DNA of 64,000 nucleotides from Armatimonadota bacterium (GCA_963677485.1 OY781964.1:2496001-2560000), one strand, 5' to 3'; positions 28,632 to 38,899 are shown, counted from the stretch's first letter. Notes: generated by a model from the sequence alone, not told the origin. Numbers and translations: made by a program.

Positions 28632-30854
28632 CTACTTCATCCCGTCAGCTATCGCCTGCAACACGGCGTTCTTGTGCTTTTCGTAATCGGGGCCGGGTTC
28701 TGGCCGGCAGACTGACACCACCAGGTTGTTCACCGGATCCACGCGTAGAATGGCCCCGGTAGCGGCTCCGTGCGCGATGGTTTGCTTACTTAGGATGGGC
28801 AGTTTGTCGCCTTTTGCGTCGGTCTTCGCATTTTCGGGGATGTCCAGCATGTAGGTAAAGCCCACACCATACACCCAGTTCGGGTCATTCAGCTCAGGCT
28901 CGATGTCCTTCACCTTGATCGGCATTAGCTTAACAAAGGTTTCGGGGCTCATGAACCTCATGTGGCCATAACTGCCCTTGTTCATCACCATCTGCCCAAT
29001 GCGCGCAAGCTCCATAGAGCTGCAGTTGATGCCGTAACCGAGGTCCTCGACGGTGACATTCTCATGGCCCATCGGTCCGAATAGATACTCATGGAACAGC
29101 CGGAAGATGCTCTTCTGGCCCACCACCTCCATCAGCTTGCCAGCGAGGTCAAAGCCCATGCCATTGTAGATGGCGACTTTTCCCGGCTTCAGGTTGCTGA
29201 GTCCGTTGCGGATGGAGTTGTCCAACCAGGGGTTGTTCATACCGCCCCAATCGCCGTGCCCTTCCAGACCGGTGGTGTGGTTGGTACACATGCGCAGGGT
29301 GATGCGCTTGTCGCCCTCTGTGGGGAAGTCTGGCAGATATTTTCCGATGGGGTCATCCAGGCTCAGCAGCCCCTGATCAAGGAACATGCCCAGCAACAGC
29401 CCCGCATGCATCTTAGTGAGTGATGCCAGCGGAAGCTTGGCCTCCATATCCAACGGCTTGCCTTTTGGATCGGTGCCGAATGGCTCCGCATAGAACACCT
29501 TGTTGTCACGCGCGACCACCACGGTAAATGGGACTTTAGTGGCATCCCACCACTGCTGGCAGGCGGCGCGGATTGCTGGTATGCACTCTGGGGCCATGCG
29601 AGCCGATTCGGGAGTGCCCATCTCCAGCTCAGGCGCGGGTACAGCCAACTCCGCTGGCTTTCTAAGTTCAGCATATTTACCCACACGACCCAGAATTTTC
29701 AACTTCATGGCCAGTTGCTTGTCCTGGTGCATGGTGACAGGCCACTCCAGTTGCCCCACAGGATCGGTGCCAGGTTGCGCTTCCATCAACCCAGCGATTG
29801 TGATTCCACCCATCTGCTTGAAGAAGACATCCTCAGCCACCTGCTGACCGAAGGTGGTGTTGATGGTCGATTGATACCGACTCCACACGCCCTCTGGCAG
29901 CTTCAGGTTGTTGAGCGGAGGTGCTTCAACTTTATAGGGCTCTGGACCCATCCATGGGTGCCAGCCTGGGTCTACACATACCGCGGTGCAGCTCCGACGC
30001 AACAGAGAGCCATCGGGCAGCTTCGCTTCCAGATAGGCCATGTAACGTCCCGCTTCGCTGGGCTTGGTGACCTCTTCCATTTTCGTGTTGAACCAGCGTA
30101 CCGGGTGTGTTTCGATCTTGCCATAAACCGTCTGCAGCAGCTCCGGTTTTTCCCAGTTCACATACGGAAAGCCGGTTTTATCGAACACACTGGGTTCGCA
30201 GGTCAGTTGCATCCCCATCACGGACTTCAGTGTTTGGACCTTTTGGGCCTCTTTGTCTAATATATCGATCTGCTTTTGCGTCACCTTACGAAGGCTCAAA
30301 GCCCATGGCCCTGTGCTTTGGTCCACTTTGACCATCAGGTTGTTCAGACCAGGCTTGAGTTTCAAGCTTAGCCGTTCCTCCTGGGGATTCAACGGACGTC
30401 CCTCACCCTTCCAGGTCTCCGATACCAAGTCGCCGTTCAGCCAGACCTTCGCCCAGTCGTCTGAGCCGAAGAAGCAGAGCAGCTCCTTCGATTGCGGGCT
30501 GTCGATCTGCACAAAGGCGTAAGCCGTGGATTTAGACTGTTCTCCGAAGAGCTTGGCCAGGTCCAGCACGCCCTCTGAACTCGCTTTCACGCGCCGGCAA
30601 CTGAGTTCGCCGATTTTCTGGCCAGGTGCGAGCTTCACCTGAGCCTCGCCGCCGATGGAGCTGAGGTAATCCGTATTGAAGCCGCTGCGGGTGGCCCCGT
30701 TGGCTTCTGGTTTTACTAGCGTCGAACCGGCAAACGGCCCGACCACCACCCACTCTTTCACCGCGCCTGATTGGGTGCTGGTGATGACGGAGGGAGCGGC
30801 ACTAAGGGCAGAGGCGGCCATGCATACCATCGTGCCAAGAAGTAGTTTTTTCAC
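28632..30854 (-). CDS. Secreted serine hydrolase (beta-lactamase/AmpC-like family) with an N-terminal beta-sandwich
   Basis: Signal peptide; SLTK, LDDPI, HTTGL, HGA motifs. Confidence 0.85.
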   Translation of the reverse strand: MKKLLLGTMVCMAASALSAAPSVITSTQSGAVKEWVVVGPFAGSTLVKPEANGATRSGFNTDYLSSIGGEAQVKLAPGQKIGELSCRRVKASSEGVLDLAKLFGEQSKSTAYAFVQIDSPQSKELLCFFGSDDWAKVWLNGDLVSETWKGEGRPLNPQEERLSLKLKPGLNNLMVKVDQSTGPWALSLRKVTQKQIDILDKEAQKVQTLKSVMGMQLTCEPSVFDKTGFPYVNWEKPELLQTVYGKIETHPVRWFNTKMEEVTKPSEAGRYMAYLEAKLPDGSLLRRSCTAVCVDPGWHPWMGPEPYKVEAPPLNNLKLPEGVWSRYQSTINTTFGQQVAEDVFFKQMGGITIAGLMEAQPGTDPVGQLEWPVTMHQDKQLAMKLKILGRVGKYAELRKPAELAVPAPELEMGTPESARMAPECIPAIRAACQQWWDATKVPFTVVVARDNKVFYAEPFGTDPKGKPLDMEAKLPLASLTKMHAGLLLGMFLDQGLLSLDDPIGKYLPDFPTEGDKRITLRMCTNHTTGLEGHGDWGGMNNPWLDNSIRNGLSNLKPGKVAIYNGMGFDLAGKLMEVVGQKSIFRLFHEYLFGPMGHENVTVEDLGYGINCSSMELARIGQMVMNKGSYGHMRFMSPETFVKLMPIKVKDIEPELNDPNWVYGVGFTYMLDIPENAKTDAKGDKLPILSKQTIAHGAATGAILRVDPVNNLVVSVCRPEPGPDYEKHKNAVLQAIADGMK

Positions 30855-31124
30855 GAGTTACGATCCCTTCCGGGGAAACCCCGATATTCACTCATTAGGT
30901 GTATATAATTCGAGTGTAATATGTATGCTATCACAGCTATTGGATCAATGCAAACAGCAACCATTACACCGGACACAGCTCATTATATCGGTGCCATGTA
31001 CGATATGGCAATGCTGGTTATTTCGACCAGCCGAGTGTCGTAGATCAAGCAAAACATCGCCTATTCGCAGTATCATGCAAGAAGATATCTCGAAATATTC
31101 CACAACGTGTATGAGGAGACAATC

Positions 31125-32258
31125 ATGGACTTATGGGTGCTGGCCGGACAATCGAACATGGTGGGAGCCGCGGCGATGCGCGGTGCGGGAAAACCAGACA
31201 GCCGCATCAAGCTGTTCAACCTGGACAACAAGTGGATACCTGCGCAGGAGCCCATCCACCGGCTGTTCGAGGCCGAGGCGCCGGTCTACCGAGACCTGTT
31301 TTTGAACAAGAACGTCGGTGTGACACCTGAACAGTTCGATCAGTATCGGGCCATGAGCCTAAAAACACCTCTGGGCACGGTGGGTCCTGGACTGTTCTTC
31401 GCCAAGTACCTCGCGAAATACATACCGGATCAGATCGGCTTGGTACCATGCGCCTACGGAGCTACCAGTATGGCCGACTGGAGCCCCGACACGAAAGCCA
31501 AAGGCGGGCACTCGCTTTACGCCACGATGATTGAACGCATGAAGCTGGCGGGAGGCAATATCAAAGGCGTGCTGTGGTATCAAGGCGAAAGCGATGCCAT
31601 GGCGGATGTCACCGCTCAGAATTACGAGCCCACCTTCATGAAATTCATGGAGGCGGTACGCAAAGATTCCGGTCAGCCAGATCTGCCCTTCCTGACCGTA
31701 CAGATCAGCCGCTTCGCTCTGGATTACAGCCTGCAGGCGGTCGGCTGGGAGCAGGTTCGTGAGGCTCAACGGCAGGCGTGCCGTCACGCGAAGAACCTGC
31801 TGATGACCAGTGCGATCGACCTGGAGCTGGGCGATGCCATCCACATCTCGTACGAATCGCAGCAGCAGCTTGGCAAACGGTTTGGTGAAATCGCGTTGTC
31901 CAAAGTGTATGGCAAGCATGGCCATGGCACCCCCATTGACCTCAAGGGCGTGGAGCGGATGGAGCCGGTCGGCGGGATGCAGAGACTGCGGGTTCGCTTT
32001 ACCGGTGTCAGCGGGGCTTTGAAGGCACCTGGGCGTGCGACGGGGTTCACGCTGCGAAGCAAGAAGCCCGATACAGGTGGCCCCACGGTGCTGCGATGTG
32101 AACTCGACCGGAAAGATCCGTCGTCGGTGATCCTGTGGTATTCGCCGGTGATCAAGGATCCCGTCAGCCTGTATTACGGTGCCGGTATCAACCCGTTTGT
32201 GAATGTCGTAGATGATAAGGACATGCCCGTTCCCGCATTCGGCCCCGTGCCCGTGTAG
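31125..32258 (+). CDS. Sialate O-acetylesterase/carbohydrate esterase (SASA family)
   Basis: AGQSNM, WYQGESD, DAIH motifs; GAGGAG RBS before ATG 31125. Confidence 0.9.
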   Translation: MDLWVLAGQSNMVGAAAMRGAGKPDSRIKLFNLDNKWIPAQEPIHRLFEAEAPVYRDLFLNKNVGVTPEQFDQYRAMSLKTPLGTVGPGLFFAKYLAKYIPDQIGLVPCAYGATSMADWSPDTKAKGGHSLYATMIERMKLAGGNIKGVLWYQGESDAMADVTAQNYEPTFMKFMEAVRKDSGQPDLPFLTVQISRFALDYSLQAVGWEQVREAQRQACRHAKNLLMTSAIDLELGDAIHISYESQQQLGKRFGEIALSKVYGKHGHGTPIDLKGVERMEPVGGMQRLRVRFTGVSGALKAPGRATGFTLRSKKPDTGGPTVLRCELDRKDPSSVILWYSPVIKDPVSLYYGAGINPFVNVVDDKDMPVPAFGPVPV

Positions 32259-32283
32259 GGAGTGTGCCGTGCCTGTATCGTTT

Positions 32284-32407
32284 GTAGGGGCGGGGTCACC
32301 CCGCCCCATTTTCCGCCGGTCTGTCTGTCTGAACCACGGATGACACGGATGACACGGATAGGTTCGGATGGAGAGGGAGGCCAATCAGGAGATTGGCGTT
32401 CCCAGGG
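32284..32407. repeat. Single REP followed by a composite repeat module
   Basis: GTAGGGGCGGGGTCACCCCGCCCC, then TGTCTGAACCACGGA..GGCCAATCAGGAGATTGGCGTTCCCAGGG (also at 35461 and 40550). Confidence 0.85.
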
Positions 32408-32454
32408 GGGCACAGCATGCCGTGTTTGTTACCGTTTGTAGATACTGTGGCTTT

Positions 32455-32460
32455 TGTCAA
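32455..32460 (-). promoter_or_regulatory. -35 box (TTGACA) of the IS110 circle-junction promoter; the -10 box TACGCT is at 34244-34249
   Basis: Joining the ends gives TTGACA-aaagccacagtatctag (17 nt)-TACGCT pointing into the bridge RNA. Confidence 0.85.
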
Positions 32461-32712
32461 GTCCCCAGGGGCAAATCTGGGGATTTGGACCTGAATATCA
32501 GACACTGGCTCTAGACCACGTAGAACAACGTTAATGTGATGTTTGTGGCATATAGACCAAACCTGGATCCGCGACAGAAACAGGCTCAGATGGCATCAGT
32601 TGGTCCGTAGCACCTCACATGACGCTCGGAGTCGCGAACGGACGTGCGACATCTTCGTGGCTTCGAAAGATATCGTTATGCTTCGATGCGTGCTATCGGC
32701 AGACTGCCGCAG

Positions 32713-34005
32713 CTAGGATACTGGTGTCAGAACCCTCGGTTTGTTGCCCACCCGACTGCGCGATGGCCGGTTTCGGGATGCGGGCCGACCACCGCCGGCA
32801 GGAGTGGGCTCATTGGTGGGATTTCCATCCACGCATCCCCGTCTTGGAACGCTCACGTCCAGCCCAGGATCATTGCCTACACCGGCTATATCATGGGCCG
32901 CTCCGGCACGATCCTGGACATGTCCGTTCGCGTCGGTCAGCGGTTGCTGGTTGGCCGCATTTGAAGCTTGTTCGATGCCGAAGTTTGGATCATATGGCTG
33001 ACGGCTGATTAATACCGACCACATGAGCACCAGCTGCTTGCGCATGATTGCGCACCGGACAACTCGCTTGGACTTCGGTTTCTTATTGGGATTCTTTACC
33101 AAATTCGGATGCTGCAGTTCCTTCACGAAGTCGTGCATGCTCTGGCCAAGCTTTTTCGACTTACCGTTGACCATCTTCACCACAGTGCTCGATCCACAGT
33201 AGAGTAATGTCCGCATATATCGGTCACCCATCTTGGATATGGAGCCGTCGTATGTCTTGCAGCTTCCTGACCGTTGCGGGCAGGGGTTCATTCCGAAATA
33301 GCGCGCGACCGCTTTCGATGTTTCAAATCGTTTAGCATCACCGATTTTCGCAAGGAAATAGCTTGCTGTGACGTCGCTGATACCCGGAATGCTCTTCAGC
33401 AGAGCCATATCTTCGGTCATCTGCGGTGAACTCATCACAAGCTCTTTGATCTGAACATCAAGCTTTTTGATGCCCATGTCATGAAAAGCGATCATCTCGT
33501 CCAGCACTGTGCTCCGCGTAAGCCGACAGCTTTGGCGCTGGGCGATCGCCTGTCTGTGTTGCACCAGCATACGGCGGTCATTGGTGTAACCAATAAGCGC
33601 ATCATAGCATGCTAGACGAGGGACATAGAGTGAGACATTGTGACTTTTCACATAGTCAGCGATTAGCACGCTGTCAGAGCAGTCCGTCTTTTGTTCCCAG
33701 CCTTTGGCTTTGCGGTGATAGAGAACCCGTTTTGGCTCCAGTTGGACAGCATCGTGCTGGTGCTCGTAGAGGTAATCAAGCAGCGGTCGGCTGTAAGGCC
33801 CGGTGGCTTCAGCCGCATACAAGGCGGGAGTTCGGGTAAGCTTCTTCACCCATGACAACAACTCCTTGTATCCGGCCTTGTTGTTCTTGAACTCCTTATG
33901 GTCTATCGGCTTGTGCGATGAACCTAATACAGACGCGTCAAACGTCAATTTCGAGATGTCGATCCCGACATAATGGATGTAGATTTTGTCTTCAACTTCG
34001 TGCAT
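32713..34005 (-). CDS. IS110 family recombinase/transposase
   Basis: DEDD motifs GIDISK, EATG, KTDCSD; SIPGI; catalytic Ser in QRSGS; ISKMG; GGAG RBS before ATG 34005. Confidence 0.97.
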   Translation of the reverse strand: MHEVEDKIYIHYVGIDISKLTFDASVLGSSHKPIDHKEFKNNKAGYKELLSWVKKLTRTPALYAAEATGPYSRPLLDYLYEHQHDAVQLEPKRVLYHRKAKGWEQKTDCSDSVLIADYVKSHNVSLYVPRLACYDALIGYTNDRRMLVQHRQAIAQRQSCRLTRSTVLDEMIAFHDMGIKKLDVQIKELVMSSPQMTEDMALLKSIPGISDVTASYFLAKIGDAKRFETSKAVARYFGMNPCPQRSGSCKTYDGSISKMGDRYMRTLLYCGSSTVVKMVNGKSKKLGQSMHDFVKELQHPNLVKNPNKKPKSKRVVRCAIMRKQLVLMWSVLISRQPYDPNFGIEQASNAANQQPLTDANGHVQDRAGAAHDIAGVGNDPGLDVSVPRRGCVDGNPTNEPTPAGGGRPASRNRPSRSRVGNKPRVLTPVS

Positions 34006-34038
34006 GTGGTAATCTCCAGTTGGTAGTGATTGATGGTG

Positions 34039-34237
34039 CAATCAACCAAATCAGCCTAGCGAACACGGGGTTTTCTCCCAAGATACTGTTCGATATGGGT
34101 TGATTGGGAGAAGGATGCCTATCTACGTCACGGTGTTTTCCACCAGGGGCGGTTCCGGCATCCAATCCTTCTCCTTCACCCCCAGCTAAGGGGTGAGATT
34201 AGCTCCCCGACTGCTTTTGGTGTCCGGGGAGCTCACC
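34039..34237 (-). ncRNA. IS110 bridge RNA
   Basis: Two 5' hairpins; target loop closed by GGAUGCC/GGCAUCC; donor loop closed by CAAUCAACC/GGUUGAUUG; guide segments match target and donor. Confidence 0.88.
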
Positions 34238-34310
34238 ATATATAGCGTACTAGGGGCGGTTCGCGAACCGCCCTTCTTGCGTCGCGCCGCCCCGATTATT
34301 ACCGCAGGGA

Positions 34311-35285
34311 ATGCTTGACGGGTGGATTGAACGAATTACCGGCATGTTCGTATCAACCAATGTAGATGGGGTGTATACCATGGACTATCTTGCAGGAACC
34401 GAGTATCCGCATTATGCACCTTCAATTTCGACCGATAACCTTTTATCGCAGGTGTTAACCCATCGGTGTGATTCTCGCTATTACGATCAAGCTATGTGTG
34501 CCTTGAAATACCGTGGTGATGATCAAGTGTATGAAAGCGCACTGCATCTATGCCACAGTGTAAAGCCTCGAGAACGAAGGGTTGGGTATGATATTCTGTC
34601 GGAATTCGGACTGCCCTATTACAAGCGCACGATGGACATCCTGCGTGTTTTGTTAGATGCGTTGCCATCAGAACACAACTCAGATTGTATCATTTGGATC
34701 GGGAGTGCAGTCAGCAGCCACCTGCTGGGATGCAGACACAACACTGATGAGGTCTTTCACGAGATGCCGGACCGAATACAAAACCTATTCGCACTGTCGA
34801 GCAACCGGTCGTCGTACCGGCGATATGCTGTCGCGAAGATACTCGGTCGATTTCTGGACGGAGGCGAAATGTCACATAAGGCCACTGAAGTTTTGATTAC
34901 TATGACACATGACAATGATACGGATATCAGGGTTAGGGCCATTGATTCGTTGGGATTAAGTGAGGATAACGACCCGGATCGTATTGCTGTTATCGATCAT
35001 CTGTTGTTATTGGCGCAGGACGATGAGCCTTTAGTCCGTGCTGAGGCAATCTTTTCACTGCAAAATCGGGACTATCCGGGTGTCGGCGCACTCATCGCTC
35101 AAGAGATCAGTAAAGGGCATGTATGCACTTCTACACTGAGAGCCGCAGAATATTTGGCGGATAATGAACTCTGTGCTGTGTTGAAGCTAGCCGACCCAGG
35201 ATCGGTTGATAGTGAATTCTGGTTGGAAAGAGCGATCAATTCATGCTGTAACACCGGTAAGGAAGTTGATGATTCTACTGACTAA
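34311..35285 (+). CDS. HEAT/PBS-lyase repeat protein
   Basis: Repeated D.D..VR..A...LG motifs; lower GC than flanks; true start may be ATG 34380. Confidence 0.8.
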   Translation: MLDGWIERITGMFVSTNVDGVYTMDYLAGTEYPHYAPSISTDNLLSQVLTHRCDSRYYDQAMCALKYRGDDQVYESALHLCHSVKPRERRVGYDILSEFGLPYYKRTMDILRVLLDALPSEHNSDCIIWIGSAVSSHLLGCRHNTDEVFHEMPDRIQNLFALSSNRSSYRRYAVAKILGRFLDGGEMSHKATEVLITMTHDNDTDIRVRAIDSLGLSEDNDPDRIAVIDHLLLLAQDDEPLVRAEAIFSLQNRDYPGVGALIAQEISKGHVCTSTLRAAEYLADNELCAVLKLADPGSVDSEFWLERAINSCCNTGKEVDDSTD

Positions 35286-35329
35286 GCGGCTATCAGTCCT
35301 TCGATACCCACATCATTGGCGACGGGTTC

Positions 35330-35801
35330 CGGCAACCCGCTGAAGCGGGCCTTGTCACCCATCGCTAATCATTACCGGTCCGCTGAAGCGGACGTAGGCG
35401 CCGCCCACGACGGGGAGGGCGATCGCCGATCGCCCCTGCGAGCCACATTGGCGCGGTATCTGTCTGAACCACGGATTACGCGGATGGCGCGGATGGGTTC
35501 GGATGGAGAGGGAGGCCAATCAGGAGATTGGCGTTCCCAGGGGAATACCCTCTTTGCGTCTTTGCGTTAAAGTACCCGTCTTCGCGTAAGGCCATACCAA
35601 TCTGTGTCATCTGCGTAATCTGTGGATGTATTCATCCCATTCGTGTTCATTCGTGGTTTCCCTGGAACCAGACCGGCGCGGTATCTGTCTGAACCACGGA
35701 TTACACGGATTACGCGGATGGGTTCGGATGGGAACATGCCCTAATCTGTGTAATCTGTGGATCTACCTTACCCTTCGCGCCTTCGCGTCTTCGCGTGAGA
35801 C
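35330..35801. repeat. Composite repeat cluster between convergent genes
   Basis: CCGCTGAAGCGG x2, GGGCGATCGCCGATCGCCC, CCACGGAT, AATCTGTGGAT, ATTCGTG and terminal TTCGCGTGAGAC modules. Confidence 0.85.
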
Positions 35802-35812
35802 ATCCCCAAACC

Positions 35813-37759
35813 TTACGGCAAGACGACCTTCACGGTCTCGCCCTCCGCCAAGACCGCATGGTATACCACCTGCTGACCTTCCAGCACATCCACCACCAAA
35901 CGATCGGCATTGCGACTGAGCGCGATATCAAACCTGCGGCCAAACGCCCGGATGCTGCGTAGTGCCATGCTGTTCCAGCCCTCCGGCAGATGGGGTGTGC
36001 ATTCAAAGGCGTGAAGACCCACAGGGCGTATGCCAAAAAGCCCCTCGGTGATCACACGGCAATATAGCGCGCTCTCCGCCGACAGTTGGCGCTGACCGCC
36101 CTCGGGCCACGCCTCCACCGGATACGGCACGTGCTCACCGAGTAGCCTGCGTTGTGAGTATTTGCGCAGGTAATCCATCCCCAATACGGTCTCTCCCGAG
36201 GCAAACACTCCCCTCAGCGCATACAGGGTCGCCCTGTCCCAAAAGGTCTCCTTACCCGCCTCGGTCGCCAGACCGTCATCGGTCCAAAGTCGGGGCGAAA
36301 ACAGGGCCGCGATCGTACCGCTCTTGCGCTCCATGATACCCATCGTCAATGGGATACATACCCAGGCACGCAGGCTGCTGTTGCCGTCATAATAGCGGTA
36401 GGTGTGAAACCCCTCCACCTGGGCTCCGAAGTATCTCTCGATCGCAGTGCGTAGTGCTGCAGCCCGGTCTCGATATTCATTGACCAAAGACTGAGGCTGG
36501 CCCAGCTCCTCACCCAGCCAGACCGCTGAGCGCAGCGCGTCATAGGTCAATGACGAGGTGCAGAGGTTCGCCTTGCCTGCCGGAAATCGACCCTCCAACT
36601 CGTCGCTGTCGGATTCAACCACTCCCTGCTCGTTGGTCTTGCGACGGCAGAACTCCAGACACCACTTCACAATCGGCCACATCTCGCCGGCGATCTTCTT
36701 GCTGCCAGACACCAGCGCATACCGCGCGGCACCGTAGGCGATCATCGCCGCATCACCGCGGTCACCCGCGCCGTTCCAGATGTCGGTTCCCTCGGCGATG
36801 ATGGAGCTGGGCACAGGCTTGTAGTCGGGCTTCATGAACCGCGCGAACTGCCGGTAACAAACCAGCGCCGATTCATTACCGGCCGCATCGCCCAAGAATG
36901 GAAAGAAGGGACTGGCATACTCCGCCTGATCATTGGCCCAGATCGCGGCGTAGTAGGAACCACCACCTGGGGCGTGCATCAGCCCGCCTTTGGTTTCAAA
37001 AATGCTCTCGGCGGCCCGCAGTTTTGTGAAGTCGAACTCCCGGCTGAGCACCGGTTCGGGGCACTCAAACCGCAGCTTCTGGAAGGTAGCGCTGACGTAA
37101 TCCTTCCGCGCCCGCTGTTCTGCTTTTGGGTCGATCTCAATGGGCGGTTCGCCGGCACGCCGTCCGGTGAAGACCAGGCTGAACTCCACCGATCTACCCG
37201 GCTGCAGCTTCACCGACTGACATCCAACGGCTTTCGCGCTCAAGCTGTATACACCGTAGACACCGTTCTGCGCCTCAGTCTGGTGTGCCTGCTCATACGG
37301 GCTGATGACCACCATCCGCATGCGATTGGACCTGTTTGTGATGGTGCAGCGCTCGATCACTGCCGCCTTGCGGGTGGAGGGGAACAGCACCCGCGTGAGC
37401 TCCAGATCATCACCGACACGGCTTTGGATACTCACCATGCCGCGGATGCTCACCACCGCTGGCTTTTCGGCAGGTATCGGCAGACCGTCCACGCTGATCG
37501 GAGGAAATACCTCCAACCCATAGCGGTGTGATAAGCTGGCGTGCGTGTCATTCGGGATGGTGCGCAGCATCGGCCATACGATCTGCCTGTCCAGCAGCAG
37601 CCGGCCCTGCTCATCAACGCCGTAACGCAGAATGAGGGACACTCTGCGTCCGCTCATTTCGATGTGGTCAGAATGGGCTCCCTGGACCTGCCATTCGATC
37701 GCGCCATCTGGCTTCATCTGCCAGCGAGTATTCGGCAACTGTGGTGATGGTTGTTTCAA
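35813..37759 (-). CDS. Six-hairpin (alpha/alpha)6 glycosidase-like protein
   Basis: YYAAIWANDQAEY, DSDELEGRF and EAWPEG motifs typical of this group. Confidence 0.7.
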   Translation of the reverse strand: MKQPSPQLPNTRWQMKPDGAIEWQVQGAHSDHIEMSGRRVSLILRYGVDEQGRLLLDRQIVWPMLRTIPNDTHASLSHRYGLEVFPPISVDGLPIPAEKPAVVSIRGMVSIQSRVGDDLELTRVLFPSTRKAAVIERCTITNRSNRMRMVVISPYEQAHQTEAQNGVYGVYSLSAKAVGCQSVKLQPGRSVEFSLVFTGRRAGEPPIEIDPKAEQRARKDYVSATFQKLRFECPEPVLSREFDFTKLRAAESIFETKGGLMHAPGGGSYYAAIWANDQAEYASPFFPFLGDAAGNESALVCYRQFARFMKPDYKPVPSSIIAEGTDIWNGAGDRGDAAMIAYGAARYALVSGSKKIAGEMWPIVKWCLEFCRRKTNEQGVVESDSDELEGRFPAGKANLCTSSLTYDALRSAVWLGEELGQPQSLVNEYRDRAAALRTAIERYFGAQVEGFHTYRYYDGNSSLRAWVCIPLTMGIMERKSGTIAALFSPRLWTDDGLATEAGKETFWDRATLYALRGVFASGETVLGMDYLRKYSQRRLLGEHVPYPVEAWPEGGQRQLSAESALYCRVITEGLFGIRPVGLHAFECTPHLPEGWNSMALRSIRAFGRRFDIALSRNADRLVVDVLEGQQVVYHAVLAEGETVKVVLP

Positions 37760-37836
37760 TATGTGCGCTCCCAGTCGAGTGATGCTGCATACGAGGATTG
37801 GCTACACAGAAATGATACCGCGATCGCCGGTTTGGA

Positions 37837-38775
37837 TCATCCACCAGGCTGTCCTTCAGCATACCGTGCCAACTGCCGGGCCTTCCTCGTCCAGAGGATC
37901 AAGCAGACCAGATACAGAAGAGTACCGATTGCATCAGGCACCCATAATATCAACACGGTCAAGTACAACAAAAGATGGTTCTCTCCTTTGGAACTAATCA
38001 GCCCATCTGAGCTCAGTAATATGTGTAAACGGGCCACAAAATCAAATACTGTGAGAGCGAATGAGATGACCGTCGGCACAATCGAGCTGTAATATGCCCA
38101 TCGCTTTTGACGAAATAGACCGATTCCTATCACAGAACCCAGCAAAATCACCATCACCGTATAGAGTATGCGGACTAATAACAACCGACCGTCAGCAGTA
38201 CCTATGTTGTGCATGACGAAGGACGGCAGCAACACCGGGCATATGAAGCTAAGACACAAAAATGCCCAGCACACAATCAAAATGATCTGCGATTTTCGAT
38301 TTGACCGGTTGTTCACCGGCTCTTCGGTTGTGGAATTGTGTGCTGATACATTTTGGAGATCATTATTCTTTACGCCCTTACGCCATGACGCAAGCACAAC
38401 AGTATATGGCAGCGCGCACATCGCCACGGGTGCTCCACATACAACCAGCAAAAGCAGCGTGCCAGGACCGGGAAGCTCACTCATTTCAGGGCTGAAATAC
38501 ATCAAGGGGTGAAATAGAACGAGAAAGGGGATCGCCATGAGCAGGGCGAAGATGACAGGTAGAAGTGACGCAAGTATCAAACCCCTTTGTTGCCGCTGTA
38601 TACCTCGTCCGACCACAGCTCCCAACCCGATCACCGCCAATACATAGGCTCCAGCACGGCTGAGGTGGTAGGCATCAAACTTAAGGGCCAGGAGCATGTA
38701 TATGACCACCGGCCACAGTAAGCCAAGACACAGCAATCCCCAGCATATTAGCATATTCTTACCGATTAACTTCAC
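37837..38775 (-). CDS. Multi-pass membrane protein, a fusion of the two neighbouring paralogs
   Basis: N-half matches 39861-40352 (CWGLLCLGLLWPVV, FHPLMYFSPEM); C-half matches 39400-39864 (ILYTV, KARQLARY). Confidence 0.8.
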   Translation of the reverse strand: MKLIGKNMLICWGLLCLGLLWPVVIYMLLALKFDAYHLSRAGAYVLAVIGLGAVVGRGIQRQQRGLILASLLPVIFALLMAIPFLVLFHPLMYFSPEMSELPGPGTLLLLVVCGAPVAMCALPYTVVLASWRKGVKNNDLQNVSAHNSTTEEPVNNRSNRKSQIILIVCWAFLCLSFICPVLLPSFVMHNIGTADGRLLLVRILYTVMVILLGSVIGIGLFRQKRWAYYSSIVPTVISFALTVFDFVARLHILLSSDGLISSKGENHLLLYLTVLILWVPDAIGTLLYLVCLILWTRKARQLARYAEGQPGG

Positions 38776-38899
38776 GTAATGTCTCCTGTTCCGCAGTTCT
38801 ATATCATCTACGCGTGTTGTGCCCTTAACCGTTTCAGGGGGTGTGTGGGGTGGACAGAGACTGTATGCGGGTCGCGGGACGATCAGCGGTGGAGACCGT

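Larger units (their letters stand above)
32440..34253 (-). mobile_element. Complete IS110-family element inserted in a REP (CT core on the minus strand)
   Basis: AG core at 32440-32441 and 34252-34253; removing the element restores TGTAGGGGCGGTTCGCGAACCGCCC. Confidence 0.92.
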
